Assembly (NCBI GenBank): GCA_950097015.1
Contig: CATNEN010000003.1
Location: 372,001 to 436,000 of the forward strand
Origin: Macrostomum hystrix
Taxonomy: Eukaryota > Animalia > Platyhelminthes
Reading direction: 5' to 3'
Length of the DNA: 64,000 bases
In this document: positions 11,801 through 25,711 of the stretch, in pieces
Position numbering within the stretch: position 1 is the first letter of the stretch
How the letters are laid out: every line of letters starts with the position of its first letter
Program-made: the position numbers and the translations under genes
The notes under the pieces: generated by a model
What the model saw: only the letters and a program-made list of their open reading frames with translations
Database searches by the model: none
What the model was told of the DNA's origin: nothing

Positions 11801-14800
11801 CCACTCTGCAACTCAACCCATGCGCCTCTCGGGTCCTCATGGCTTGAATCGCAGCCCCAAAGCACTCTCCGCTACACTTTGACCGTTTAACGCGTGTGTT
11901 CTACGAGCTACTTGGCAAATATGAGCGTGAAAAGAGTATGATGGTTTGAGCACAGAATATTCAGTGGCTTTGAGTAGGATAGCAATTTGTCTCTTCTTGG
12001 ACAAATTAATATCACTTTGATAGGTGATTATGATTATTATCACTATCATATCACCATTGCACAAAATACGTTATATGCATGTATACCTACGACCCCTTGG
12101 TAAAGGGTAAAACGAAAAAATTGCTAAGAAAACTGACTCGACCAGATGTTGCAGTTTCACAGGGCTTCGCTGACTCGCAATCAAAGTCAAAGGAAACGTT
12201 TTTTATTGTATCAAATCAATTGGACTTAGCTTAAGCGTCCTTTCTCATCTATTTATCAAGAGAGTAGCATTATCTTTTTGCCAAGCCAACTTGTAATTTA
12301 GATCCTTCTGCGCATTCTCAATCATGATTTGATGCATAATAATAATCCATTGGTCATGAGACATGCAGGATTAGGATATTAAAACTAACTTCAAGTCCTT
12401 CAGCTACACTGGGTTTCCAGTTGAATTTTCAAAACGATCGGAAAATCTAGATCTAAAGTAGGAAAAGCCTTCTGTATGATATTTTCTGAGTTTTTGAGCA
12501 AAGTAAAGTGACATCTACAATTTTGTTGCTATCCTAGGGCTACACATTCTAAAAAAGTTATGATTCAGAAACTACGAGCTATTATGATTTTTAATTGCAG
12601 CGAGAAAGAAAACATTTTTTGCGTCGCATGATTTTTAACTGGAAAATTAAAGCTTCGAAAAATAGAAATTTCACGAAATTCGCTCTGTGCTCACTCGAGA
12701 AGTGAGATCATCTTCTTTGCTCATTTTCGAGCTAGGAGGAGAGGGGGCGCGTGTGAACCGACAGGGTCGTGGAAGGAAGAGGATCGTGCCAATTAAGCAG
12801 GTGCAATCGAGGTGCTCAGAATGAGCAAAATTTCGAATGCTCAACCCGCAAGGCATGACTGCTCAGGCATTCCCATTTCAGGTTTTTTGGGATCCGACCG
12901 AACTGGGGAGAGACTGAGAGGGGAAGAAAACTGCAGTGACCTTGGAAATTGACCTGCTGGGCTTTAGTTCTAGAACTGTTTAGTGTGAAAAGAATCTGTT
13001 AAAAAAGTATTTTTGCAGACTGCATTCTCTTTAATGCCTTTATGTACTTTTCTTAGTAGATCTATTTCCGAATCGGGTTATTTTTTATTAAGAGTTGTCT
13101 TACTTAACAGACAAGCTTTGTTTGTGGTAGTCAAGAATCTGAGTGCCGGAGCGGAAACGAGTGCGACTCTCGCACCTGAACTCCTCCCAGGACCCTGAAC
13201 ACGAATCCACGTCTAACAAAGACCACATTAATTAGTGGCGCAGCCGTGTAGAGAATGCTTCGCAGCTATGTCCATTAGCCAAGGTATAGTGAGATACAAG
13301 ATCCAATACAAGGTACCTGTGCGTTGTATTCTGCACATACCTGTGCCTGTGTACCGCCAACCCAGGCAAATATTATTCATATTAGGCCCTAATATGAATA
13401 AGCGTTCCTGCTACCTGACTCGCATACTCTTCACCTAAGTCTAACTGACAGTTTACCTGACTGTCGCCGCAATCGTACCCACCTTTCATATAGTTTAGAG
13501 CGATCTTCTGTGGATCGCTGATCACTTCCCCGTTGTGAACGTAGGTGGTGCGAAAGTTGATGAGAATGTCGGCTATGAAAGTTACGTCCACAATCAGATC
13601 GATGATCACTAACGGGTCCGGATGGTTGGATTGCGAAGCGCTTGACCGCGTCTTTGAGTCCTAGTTGAAATTTGCGTTCGGTTTTTATGTAAATTTTGTT
13701 GATGGCATGCCTTAAAAAGTTCTAATTAATATATTGATACAGTAGTTTATAGTAGAGACCACGGGATATTTCAAATAGCCACATTTTCATTTTTTCTGTA
13801 TATCCTAAAAGATTCAACCTATCCTGAAACATCATCCTGAAACAACTTTCACAATCACAAAACAGAGGCATCATCCTGAAACAACTTTCACAATCACAAA
13901 ACAGAGGCATCATCCTGAAACAACTTTCACAATCACAAAACAGAGGCATCATCCTGAAACAACTTTCACAATCACAAAACAGAGCCATCATCCTGAAACA
14001 ACTTTCACAATCACAAAACAGAGGCATCATCCTGAAACAACTTTCACAATCACAAAACAGAGGCATCATCCTGAAACAACTTTCACAATCACAAAACAGA
14101 GCCATCATCCTGAAACAACTTTCACAATCACAAAACAGAGGCATCATCCTGAAACAACTTTCACAATCACAAAACAGAGCCATCATCCTGAAACAACTTT
14201 CACAATCACAAAACAGAGGCATCATCCTGAAACAACTTTCACAATCACTAAACAGAGGCATCATCCTGAAACAACTTTCACAATCACAAAACAGAGCCAT
14301 CATCCTGAAACAACTTTCACAATCACAAAACAGAGCCATCATCCTGAAACAACTTTCACAATCACAAAACAGAGGCATCATCCTGAAACAACTTTCACAA
14401 CCACAAACAGTGCAATTTTAGCTGTCCTTGTCACCAGGATCGTAATGGGCGAAAAGAATTGATTCAGATGGTGGACCTAGGAAAATAGCATGGTCTTTCT
14501 ACTGTTAATAGTCAGTGACACTGACTATTGAGCTGATCTTAGGAGACAGCTCAATCAGCTCAGCCACACCCTCATATGACAGATGAAAAGCCCTGAGGTA
14601 ACAGCAGAAACCTCGCAAAGTTGTGACCGCTAAAATGTCTACCTCGTTGAGCTTCATTTTCGTCTTGTCCTCGTTGAGCAGAAAGGCTGCAGTGTATGGC
14701 GTGAACACAGCCGTGTAGAGCACCAGCATGAGAATGACCCAGTCCCACACGGCCTTGAATGGCGAGTAGTGCAGGATCACGAATCTGCCATTTGCCAGGT

Positions 14801-17800
14801 GGAAGTTGCGGTGGGCTAAAGAAGAAATGTACAACGAGCGTATTCTTTTATACTGGTAATTACTGGTACCCTCTCCTAACTAGTCACACATCACACAATC
14901 AAGCACTTTTATTTTCATATTTCTGTTGGGGATTCCTCTGAAACGCTGCTAAATTTAGAGCTTGAGTTTCAGCAAGTAAAATGTCCACGCCATCGAACTT
15001 GGTGTGGGGGATTACACGAAATGCGGAAGCACTGCATCGATTATCCGAATAAGTTTGGCTGCGGGCCTGACAAGCATCGGTTCGAGAGTGCCTGCACTTC
15101 CTGCGCTACCGATGGCGCATCATTAAGCCGGGTCCAGGCTTCGCAACTCGGCCTTAAATCTTGAGGCTTAAATCCTAATCCAAACTGCCCCGCCCTGCTC
15201 CCAGGCAGAGATTTAGGCGCAGACTTCAGTTTGCTGACGCATCGCAATTAAGAAAATTGATCAGATACTCAAATATTGTAGAGTAGTCTAGGTTGAGTTA
15301 GGGTTGACAACTTCTGTAGCCTCTCACTGTGCTTCCAGTGAGATATTACAGCTCACCGTTAAAGCTTCGGACTCCGTACACAGCCTTGAGTGCGAATCTA
15401 AGCCCTGGGACGCTTAATATTCTCCATTGCTTCACTCCCACCTGTGAAACAGGTCTGCACAACAGCCTTGAGTGCGAATCTAAGCCCTGGGACGCTTAAT
15501 ATTCTCCATTGCTTCACTCCCACCTGTGAAACAGGTCTGCACAACAGCCTTGAGTGCGAATCTAAGCCCTGGGACGCTTAATATTCTCCATTGCTTCACT
15601 CCCACCTGTGAAACAGGTCTGCACAACAGCCTTGAGTGCGAATCTAAGCCCTGGGACGCTTAATATTCTCCATTGCTTCACTCCCACCTGTGAAACAGGT
15701 CTGCACAACAGCCTTGAGTACGAATCTAAGCCCTGGGACGCTTAATATTCTCCATTGCTTCACTCCCACCTGTGAAACAGGTCTGCACAACAGCCTTGAG
15801 TGCGAATCTAAGCCCTGGGACGCTTCATATTCTCCATTGCTTCACTCCCACCTGTGAAACAGGTCTGCACAACAGCCTTGAGTACGAATCTTAGCCCTGG
15901 GACGCTTCATATCCTCCATTGCTTCACTCCCACCGGCTTTGAAACAGGTCTGCACAACAGCCTTGAGTACGAATCTAAGCCCATGAACACTTCATTCTCT
16001 TTGAGCTCGTATCTTTTGTCACTCGACTCTTTAACAGTCGATTAACAGTCGATTTGTCACTAGGTGCAGATGGTTCTGTGCTTATCTCGTTCTGAGCAGT
16101 CGGTAGCGCCTTACTTAGGAAAAGTCTGTCTGGCCTGGTACTGTGCCTGGGCCAGTACATTCTCCTGGTCCTCCATCTCAATGTGGCGCAGTTGGGACTG
16201 GCTGCCATGGGTCATTGGATCCGCCTCGCTGTGCTCATCTGAGTAGTCCGACGAGTCGCTGCCGGCCTCCTCCTCCAGAATCTGAGATCTCTGCTGAGAT
16301 TGTTGAGACAGTTGCTGCTGCAGGTAGACATTGGGGTGCTCTACGACGTCTGAGTAGCTCCTGGATGTTAAATGGATACCAGCATTAGATGGAGTAATTG
16401 AGGGAGGGTGTGGCGTCCCCCCAGTCCATGAACTTTACGCTGTACGCAGCCTTCAGATGCAATAGCTGCGGCTGTGCTATCGGCTGCACATCTCGCCCGA
16501 TTGGGGCAAATGTAATAAATTTATAATTTATTATTACTAATGTGTCACATTGAGTAATATTTCAGCCTATTAGTTTTTTTCTGTTGTTTGTCTGTAGTTT
16601 TATAATGTGAAATTTTAGTCCTAGAATTGACAGAGAATTGACATGTTATCTTTTTGATTTGCCGGCAGTTAGAAAGGCCGGTGCAGGTGCAGCTTGAAAC
16701 CGCCGGATTAGATTTCAGAATTGATCACGCAACTCTTTGCTCATTATCGCTGGGGTGAGCAGCTCAAATAGCAGAGGGATTTCGCATCACTTATTGAGTC
16801 GTATCCATCTATTTAAATAATTCATTAAGCCTCCTGATTAAAGGTATCTCCCAGCCTCAGAGCATTGTCCTGAGCTGCCGCCGCAGGCAAACTGTGGCTT
16901 AACAAAGACGCGGATAAGATGATAGGGATTAAGCCCCATCAGCTCTTTGGGATTTGGAACGTTCCCCAGACTCGAATTGCATCAGCTGCTCAATTGCGAT
17001 CTGAAAACACCTGGCCATCTGCATCGAATTCATTTCCAGAAGGAGTGCAGTGTCTCAAGATCGTCAAACTGAATTTTCTTGCTTTTAGCCGCATATTAGG
17101 TTTGAATATTTGGTTTTTATGCACGGTCAAAGTGTCCAGTAAATCAAGCGGGACATTCGATATCCTAAAAATAGGGAATGGACTGTACTGTTCTTACTAA
17201 ATGGACTTCAGTTTACTGATTTGAGCTTTTAAAAATCAAGTCTGCAATTCTGTTCCACTGGGGTTACCTGCTCAGGTAGATTTAGAGATCAACTTACCCT
17301 ACCCTGAGCACTTTGAGCTCACTGAATTATTAAGCCATCAGCCGCCACCGTTATACAGTGCGACTTATGGACAGATAGGGGCATGCAGAAGGACATCTGG
17401 TGTCGGTCGGCAGAGCTAATCCAAACTTATTTGATGCTGGGTAGCAAACTTATTTGGTCTGAGACAGTCGGATTTGTTGATAGTCTTTAATCCGTCTAAT
17501 ATCCATGTGACTGTGAGTGCGAATTTTGAAAGCTCTCGTTTACATGCCTTTTTCACCCTTGCTAGTTGGCAATATCTTATGATGTAAAAATTGACAATTT
17601 ACCATTTAGGGAATGCAAAACTTAGGGAACGTATCATTTAGGAAGTGAAAAATTTATGGTATGTACACTTTAGGGAATGTACAATTTTAGGATTTTACTG
17701 CCTCGCCTAAGTGCAATTGAGGGAATTTTCAATGTAGGTAATGGAATGAAATACAGGATATGTGCAATTTAAGGAACGTAAAGTTTTTAGGAGTGTAAAA

Positions 17801-18369
17801 TTTAGGGAATTTAAAATTTAGGGAGTTTACAGTTAGGGATTATCCGCTGAAGTGTAACTACGAACAACGGCCCCGTCGTGGGACAGCAATTTGTGCTTAT
17901 TTATGAAGATTGTAACCATGGAAATTTAGTTCTTATTGGGAGTGATCCTAAAAAAGCTTTGTTATCTCCGATTCTAACCCACGACCCTTGCTGCGATACA
18001 TGTAGGTGGACGCATTATTGTCGCAAAATTCGCTCACCTGTCTAGGTCGATGACGCTACCGCCGCCGCCGCCGCCGCAACTGCTCTGGCTTCTGAATGTG
18101 CCCACAATGCCTCTTCTGGCCATTGGGAAAGCGCCACTGCCGCTGCCGCTACTGCCTGTGCGAAGCATGAGCACCTTGCTGCCCTTGTGTACGAGAGTCG
18201 CCGGGGTGCCACCTGCCTCTGCCGGGTGAAGCACCACACCCGGAGTGACGAAGGAATCAGCTGACACGGTGGATAGGTGCCGGTGCAGCTGTTGCTGCTT
18301 GGAGCTACTGGCGGCGACGGCGGCACTCTTCTGAGGCAGCGGGCTGCCGACCCAGCCGGGATTCTCCAT
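8811..18369 (-). CDS. KCNH2: ERG-subfamily voltage-gated K+ channel (KCNH2/6/7 family). Exons 18369-18038, 16360-16115, 14784-14643, 13660-13483, 11456-11185, 10951-10577, 10413-10224, 10055-9639, 9450-9240, 9051-8811; about 867 aa
   Basis: S1 [14 protein letters not shown]4 [25 protein letters not shown], pore [23 protein letters not shown]-linker [16 protein letters not shown] domain with the FNL intrinsic ligand, and a C-terminal coiled coil [19 protein letters not shown]. All nine introns are GT-AG and phase-consistent. The two 5' exons rest on splice phase and frame only. The symbol is a family-level call. Confidence 0.9.
11557..11821 (-). mobile_element. tRNA-derived SINE copy with internal deletions, in an ERG intron
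   Basis: Minus strand GGGTTGAGTTGCAGAGTGGTAAGCGCGTTCGCCTATCGCACC...GCTCGATTCC. Body and tail align to the copy at 61719. Confidence 0.75.
13150..13265 (+). mobile_element. Degenerate fragment of the same SINE family
   Basis: CTCTCGCACC and GCGCAGCCGTGTAGAGAATGCTTCG match the family body. Confidence 0.45.
13820..14405. repeat. 39-bp minisatellite, about 15 copies (ERG intron)
   Basis: Unit ATCATCCTGAAACAACTTTCACAATCACAAAACAGAGGC. Confidence 0.95.
15378..15985. repeat. 82-bp minisatellite, about 7 copies (ERG intron)
   Basis: CAGCCTTGAGTGCGAATCTAAGCCCTGGGACG... recurs at 15381, 15463 and onward. Confidence 0.95.
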
Positions 18370-19345
18370 GCCGACTCTGCGGGTGGGGATGACTGAGCTA
18401 GAACTCCCGCACCTCCTGAGTTCTTGCGGCTTGTCTATCGTCACGGTGCATTGGTAGGACTCAAGTCAGCTGAGTTGAGAATAAGAGTTTGCTGTCAATT
18501 GAATTTGCCTCACTTGACGAGCGCACAGGAGATCTCCAAGAAGAGGCCGCGTGGATGGCTGATGAGGGACAAGTAATGGCTGGCAGCCCGCGGCCCCAAA
18601 CTGAAGAACGCGAATTCAATTCAACAGCAATGTCATCTTGTAGCAATGTCCCGGTGTAGCTTGGGGCACGCGATAATCGAATACACATCCTGCGCGTATA
18701 TTGACCCCCTTCAACTCCTCTGCTCCCGCTCTCTTCCCGTCTCATTCTGAGTGCCGCATTTCCCTGCCAAACACTGCGCGCATTCACTGCCTGCCTGGGA
18801 TGTTTGAAGGGCCAAAATCACTCTTAAAGCACTCTTATTGCTTTTATTATTACCATTGCTCAATAGGCCATCCAATTTGAATCTATCCCTCGCAGAGTCT
18901 CGAGTGAGTCGTTGTAAATTTGACAATATCCTTCCGCAGAGTGGGCCATTTCAGTGTATGCGAATGAGGATTATTAGCGAAAGACGAGAATACAATTGAG
19001 ACAGGGATAATGGCAGTGGGAACACTGGAGCAGCCGCCATGGAGATAACAGTGTAGCACTGAATCCTATTTGGGATATTCGATAAATGTAGAAATTCAAA
19101 ATTACAATTTTAAAGCTGACACCGTTGAGTGCAAATCAAGGACTTTATGCCTTGTAAATGCAACAGGTTGTGGATTTATCTAGCCTGAAATGGGTACAAT
19201 TATCTATCGATATGAGAAAAATGGCAATTAATGCAGGCAACAAAAAAACAGTAAATTGAGGCGGATTAAGAAACACGAAAGTTTAGACCCAGGAAAAAAC
19301 AAGGCGGTGCTGAGGAAATTAGGCGAATAAACTGATACTGATAAT

Positions 19346-19660
19346 GAATGGAAACTGTGGCTGATCTAGAGTGGATAATCAATGGAAACTGTGGCTGATC
19401 TACAGTGGATAATCAATGGAAACTGTGGCTGATCTACAGTGGATAATCAATGGAAACTGTGGCTGATCTACAGTGGATAATCAATGGAAACTGTGGCTGA
19501 TCTACAGTGGATAATCAATGGAAACTGTGGCTGATCTACAGTGGATAATCAATGGAAACTGTGGCTGATCTACAGTGGATAATCAATGGAAACTGTGGCT
19601 GATCTACAGTGGATAATCAATGGAAACTGTGGCTGATCTACAGTGGATAATCAATGGAAA
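19346..19660. repeat. 34-bp minisatellite, about 9 copies
   Basis: Unit AATGGAAACTGTGGCTGATCTACAGTGGATAATC. Confidence 0.95.
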
Positions 19661-21079
19661 CTTGTAGGTGAACAAGTGGAGCTGAGCTCAAATGGAGCTT
19701 GGGGTTGAGCTCAAATGAATGGAAACTGAGGCTGATCTACAGTGGATAATAAATAGAAATTTTTACTGACATGATTAGATATTGAAGGGAAGCTCAAATA
19801 ATTATAAATGCATAAGTCAACTTTACTCAAAGTTTAAGAACTCACGCTGGTCATGTTAATGTTTTTAACGATTCTTAGTATTGTGCTTCAATCAGGAAAT
19901 TTTCAACAGTTTATCGGGGAAATGGTATTGACAGTGTCAGCACGCGAGACTGCAGGTAGGCTTTGTTGTCTTGAATGAAGCTTACCGCCTACCGAAGACT
20001 GCAGACAATGGCACCCAGCCATCCCATCTATACTACAGACCTCCGTTCTCATCCGTCTCTCTCCGATTCTCCACGCCTCATCATCCCAGCTACAGCCTCC
20101 TCATTGGCTGCCAGAGCAGGGCCGATCTCGTCCCTTCTGATTGCAAATTAGGAAATCTGCGCGCTTTGGAAGCCACACACGCACACACACACTAACACTG
20201 GCATTCCTGAAATCTTGACGACCAACGCGCTCTTCTGTCCTTGTTCTTTCCGGCTGTCTGGCTGTTCTTTCAAAACTTCATTGAAAACTTTCTCTATCTC
20301 CCTGCCTCTATCTTTTTATCCCCTCTAGCTTTAGCTCTTGAGTCCGCTGATCTTTAGAAAGGCCGTGTAGCCGGGCACAGACGAACTCTGTTGCCATGAG
20401 GGGGAACAGCTGAGCTTGAGTCTGGATCAAACAAAATCCAGAACCGTCGCGGCGGATTTCCGGCCAGTCTGTCACATGTCCGGCCAGGCTGATCTTCAAC
20501 TCAAGCCAGCTAGCCAAGCGTTGGAGCACAGTATGAATGTACAACTCGGCCTGGGGCTAGAAAGTCTTTCTGAGAAACGAGAAACGATTCGACACGACTC
20601 GACTCAACTCGAAACTCCATCTGCATAGCGCCATCTTCGGAGCCAGAACAAAATTAATAGCGAATCTGATTATTTAAATGATACATTCTAACCAAAAGAA
20701 GCTTGCCGCCTTACTTGCAGTAGGCAAGTGAGAAAATAAAAGAGCGTTGTGAACACATTTAGGCTCAACCATACGAACACAAGCACTCGCTCTTTATTGA
20801 GCCATTCGGTTAGATTTTACTTTTCGTAAGCATCACACTTCTTTGGAAATGTGATTCACCTCATCATGGTAGGTTCATGGCACTTCAAGCCTGAGGTATT
20901 AAAAAACTGTTTTCAGAATTTTCAAACACTTAGATGTCGGGGTCTCAAAATAGATAGGACACTGCGATTCGGTCGCATAGTTTTACAGGCAATGTATTGC
21001 AAGAACCAGCTCAACTGCATGAGTGAGGAATGGGCGACAGTGTTCAGGACGGAGCGGGAGGGAACTGGGACTGCGTTTA

Positions 21080-21725
21080 TCGATCAAATTGGTCCTCCAA
21101 CACCGTGCTCCAAGGCAGGCCCCAGTGACAGCTCCGGCTAATACTGCAGCTGCTAACCGCCCCTTGCCGCCAGCGCGCAAATCCAGAAGAGCAGAAAAAT
21201 AAGACCAAGAAAAAGAAGCAGAAGAAGGCTTTAAAGCCATCATGCCCCAACGCGGAAGCAGTTGGAGAGGAGGCCCCGCCGCTAGGCCGTGTTGGCCCTC
21301 TTGAAGCGTGTTCAGCGCGTCTCTGGGCACCCTTGTCAAGCCCGGCTGCTCCTCCCAGCAGCACCGACTCATTATGGGGGGATGACGTGCTTAAGACGTC
21401 CGCACAGTTCCTCAAGTCAACTCTTAACGCCCGCTCAGACACAGCGAGGTGAAAAGGAATAGAGAAGGAGATGTATAGGGTATATTGAAGCCTAATGCAG
21501 CCCTGTGCAAGGCCATTGTGACTCCGGTATTGTATGTCCTATTTAGTCCCGAGAGAAGCAAATACCTAATAAGCAGGAGAGAGTATGCGAAAAACGTGTT
21601 GCGAAAAAACTCTTCCGTACCGACCATGGAACCTGTAATCCTGGTAAGAGGAGCCCTGGGGCTTCATTATCGACATGTCCTTCGCTGCCACCAAACATGG
21701 GAGATGGCGGGAGCATTCAACTAGT
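21080..21725 (+). pseudogene. Possible decayed non-LTR retrotransposon remnant
   Basis: A frameshifted Pro/Lys-rich stretch is followed by ALCKAIVTPVLY...HYRHVLR, loosely like the C-terminal part of LINE ORF2. No RT catalytic motif is visible. Confidence 0.25.
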
Positions 21726-23403
21726 CGCCAGGCAACTGCAGTAGCGGCCCGACCCGACCTGAGCATTTGAGCAGCTTTGATGGGAAATCCGACACCAGAG
21801 GAAAGACAAGATGCAAGGAGATTTGAGTTGAACTAGCTAGAGAAGTCAGCTCCACCAAACATAATCATCTGCACTGAAATCCTAATCTCCCAGGCCGTCT
21901 CCAAGGCGCAGAAACCGGTAGAAAGGAAAAACTGTGAACGAAAATTCGGTTGCTAAGATCCCAGCTCAGCTAGGGCGTTGGAATTCCACAGGGACTAAGG
22001 AAGCCAGAAATGATGCCAAAGAAAGCCAACGCCGCGGCGCTGCTGTGATATGTGGGGATTCTCGATCGACTTCAGACTGTCAACATTCGGGATTCAGGGC
22101 TCGCGCTGGTCTCGTTGGTTGACAATTCGATTCTAAAGTGCATCCGAGAATTTAGACTTCACTTGATAAGTAGAAGAAGCTCGCCTAGCACTTTTGAAAT
22201 GAAACAACAGTTTGAGCGTCAAGGACCTCGCAATGTTGATACTATTAAGTTGATACCCGGAAACCTGAAATATGGCTGAAAGTTTTTAATTTCAACAGAC
22301 AAAGATGAATCTGCCGCGACTATTCCTAAAAGGGAATCGCGCTTAAACTCACTATCTCAGCCGCATTTGACGGATTAAAATTTATGGCATTCCGTTTAGG
22401 AATTTACTCGTCATAGCCAATCAATATTAGCGCAATAATCCTATTTAGTATATTTCATTCACTGTCCTAATCGAAGCGGAAATGGAAACTAAATATATGG
22501 AGAAAGTGAGTTTGGAATACCTTGGGGTTGAAAAGCTTCCACTGTGGACCCAGGGAGTCAGCTTGGGCTCGGGAGTTCGAATGGAAGGCCAAGGGGAGCT
22601 GTGAGTTATGGCAGCTCGACTGTCGGTTCCCTTGACGGCTTAGCTGCACACTGGGCCAAACCAATTTTCTTAAGCTGTCAGATAAGCTTCTGAACCGCTG
22701 CCAGCGCCATTCGCCGTTATTCCAATCCGTAATTCACTATTTCAATCTGCGATCGAACCTTCAAAGCCCGGCGCTGCTCTGGGAAATTCTCCTCATTTTT
22801 TGTTGGGAAGTCAAGGCCGGCAAAGAGGGCGACGAAGGGACGAAAAGAAACGAGACTTCAAGGCTAAGAAAGTAAGAAAAAAAGCGGAGTCACCTAAAAT
22901 CTTCCATAAATCTCCGGGGTCACTGCCGGCTAGAGCTGTAGCATCGGGGGGTCGGACAGAAAGACAGAGAAATGGGGAAAATCAGACTGGCTGGAGAAGT
23001 CGTTAAAGAGGCCTTCGTCGACCTTCGCTCATGGCGGCATTATCACTGAGCAGTCGGATAAAATCGCAGGGCTCGGTTGGGGTCCTCTCAGTCCTCTCAG
23101 TTTGCGGCACTCCTTAAGTCAGAAAAGCCGCCAGCGCCTAATGGCCTGAGATTGCCGCTGTGTGCAGCAGGGTGCACTCAGTGGAAGGGACTCCAACTGA
23201 GATTGTAAATCTCCTGCAGTTATTGCTCTGCCGGGTGGAAGGGAGAGGTGAACTAAAGCCAAGAAAGGGGAAAGGGGAATCTGGTGTTATTCTACTGCAG
23301 TTCTGACTGGTTTTTAACAAGTGGAGCTTTTTTGGTTGGTCGAACAGATCGGTAAAAGGACGAAGATTTTAATGCAAATACGAATAGTCTGGTTCATGCA
23401 AAA

Positions 23404-24090
23404 CGAGTTTGGTAAATAAACGAAGAGTTGGGTAGAATGACGAATAGTTTGGAAGATGGCCGAAGAGTTTGGTAGATGGACGAATAGTTTGGTAAACGGA
23501 CAAAAAGTTTGGTAGATGGACGAAGAGTTTGGTAGATGGCCGAATAGTTTGGAAGATGGACGAATAGTTTGGTAGATGGACGAAGAGTTTGGTAGATGGA
23601 CGAATAGTTTGGTAGATGGACGAAGAGTTTGGTAGAACGACGAAGAGTTGGTAGATGGACGAAGAGTTTGGTAGAGCGACGAATAGTTTGGTAAACGGAC
23701 AAAAAGTTTGGTAGATGGACGAAGAGTTTGGTAGATGGACGAATAGTTTGGTAAACGGAAAAAAAGTTTGGTAGATGGACGAAGAGTTTGGTAGATGGAC
23801 GAATAGTTTGGTAGATGGACGAAGAGTTTGGTAGATCGACGAATAGTTTGGTAGATGGACGAAGAGTTTGGTAGATGGACGAAGAGTTTGGTAGATGGAC
23901 GAAGAGTTTGGTAGATGGACGAAGAGTTTGGTAGATGGACGAATAGTTTGGTAGATGGACGAAGAGTTTGGTAGAACGACGAAGAGTTGGTAGATGGACA
24001 AAGAGTTTTATGAGTTTGGTAGAAGGACAAAGAGTTTTAAGAGTTTGGTAGAATGACAAAGAGTTCTAAGAGCATGGTATAAAGACGAAG
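23404..24090. repeat. 20-bp minisatellite
   Basis: Unit GAAGAGTTTGGTAGATGGAC with variants. Confidence 0.95.
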
Positions 24091-25094
24091 ATTCTGTTTA
24101 AATAGATGGACTAAAACTTTTGGCACTTCGAGATGATTTCATGGCAAAGTATTTTTAAGACGAAAATATTAAGTTTGCTTGAATGGTAAAAGTCAGATTT
24201 GAAAACAATTGCTTGGATGACTTCAAAAATAGAAAGAAAATAAAATGCCTGCTTGTTTAGATGACACTACAAATTTCAGTTTTCTCTACAGCACTCAATT
24301 TGGGTTGGCTGTGGTATATTCCGAACAGCTATCATCGATGCTGCAGTGAGGCACCCAAAACAAAATAATTTCCCCTCGCAGATGGTGCCCAAAGCGTTAT
24401 TTCCCACAATGCTTTGCTACGGCACGGAGGCTGTTCATTTTCTCGCCATGGAGAGGACAGGGGGACAGTTGCTTCACTGTGAGAATCAACTCAGCAAAAA
24501 TGCCACGCGGCTCAGTTAGCAGGAATAATTGATTCCTTCACTGCAACTCCAACACTGCGACGAGAATCGGCCAAGGGAAACGACTGAGTTCATCTTGAAT
24601 TCTTCAGAAGCGCTGGCAAGTGTCTCTGGGCCAGCACCTGACTAATCATTTCCTTCTCTCTCTTACTCTACTGCACCCTCTCAAGGTGATGCTGAACAAC
24701 AAAACTATTTTTGCAGCAGCAGCAGCAGCAGCAGCCGCAGCCATGGCTATAGTCACGTGTTAAACTTTCCCACCTTCATTAGAGAATTCGATTGAGTCAA
24801 CAGTGCGAAAGAGAGCCTAGGAAACTCTGCTGCCAGAGTGAGAGAAGGTTTAGGGGGCTGGACTCCATCTTAGAGTGCCGGGCAATGGAAGTTAGAGTCC
24901 GTTTGGGAAGGAAAATTTGCTGCGATTTGAGAACATGGCTTTGGCGTGTGACTTTGCATGCTTTTCTTGGCTCAAGCGCAATTCCAAGCCACGTTCATCG
25001 ATGTTCGAATCATTAACAGGCCATCTGCGACATCAAGGCGATTCGTGGTGATTGGGCCTCTGACTTAAGCGAGACCTTCAAATTTTATAATCCG

Positions 25095-25711
25095 CTACCC
25101 CACTTTCGGTTCCTCAAAGAGCGGCCCTACCTCACTTTCGGTTCATCAAAGAGCGGCCCTACCCCACTTTCGGTTCCTCAAAGAGCGGCCCTACCCCACT
25201 TTCGGTTCATCAAAGAGCGGCCCTACCTCACTTTCGGTTCATCAAAGAGCGGCCCTACCCCACTTTCGGTTCATCAAAGAGCGGCCCTACCTCACTTTCG
25301 GTTCATCAAAGAGCGGCCCTACCCCACTTTCGGTTCATCAAAGAGCGGCCCTACCTCACTTTCGGTTCATCAAAGAGCGGCCCTACCCCACTTTCGGTTT
25401 CATCAAAGAGCGGCCCTACCCCACTTTCGGTTCCTCAAAGAGCGGCCCTACCCCACTTTCGGTTCCTCAAAGAGCGGCCCTACCCCACTTTCGGTTCATC
25501 AAAGAGCGGCCCTACCCCACTTTCGGTTCCTCAAAGAGCGGCCCTACCCCACTTTCGGTTCCTCAAAGAGCGACACTACCCCACTTTCGGTTCATCAAAG
25601 AGCGGCCCTACCCCACTTTCGGTTTCATCAAAGAGCGGCCCTACCCCACTTTCGGTTCCTCAAAGAGCGGCCCTACCCCACTTTCGGTTCCTCAAAGAGC
25701 GGCCCTACCCC
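25095..25711. repeat. 32-bp minisatellite, about 19 copies
   Basis: Unit CTACCCCACTTTCGGTTCMTCAAAGAGCGGCC. Confidence 0.95.

Noticed and set aside
12413-12646. Short inverted match TTTCCAGTT / AACTGGAAA suggesting a MITE
   Set aside because: Too short in AT-rich DNA and no TSD.
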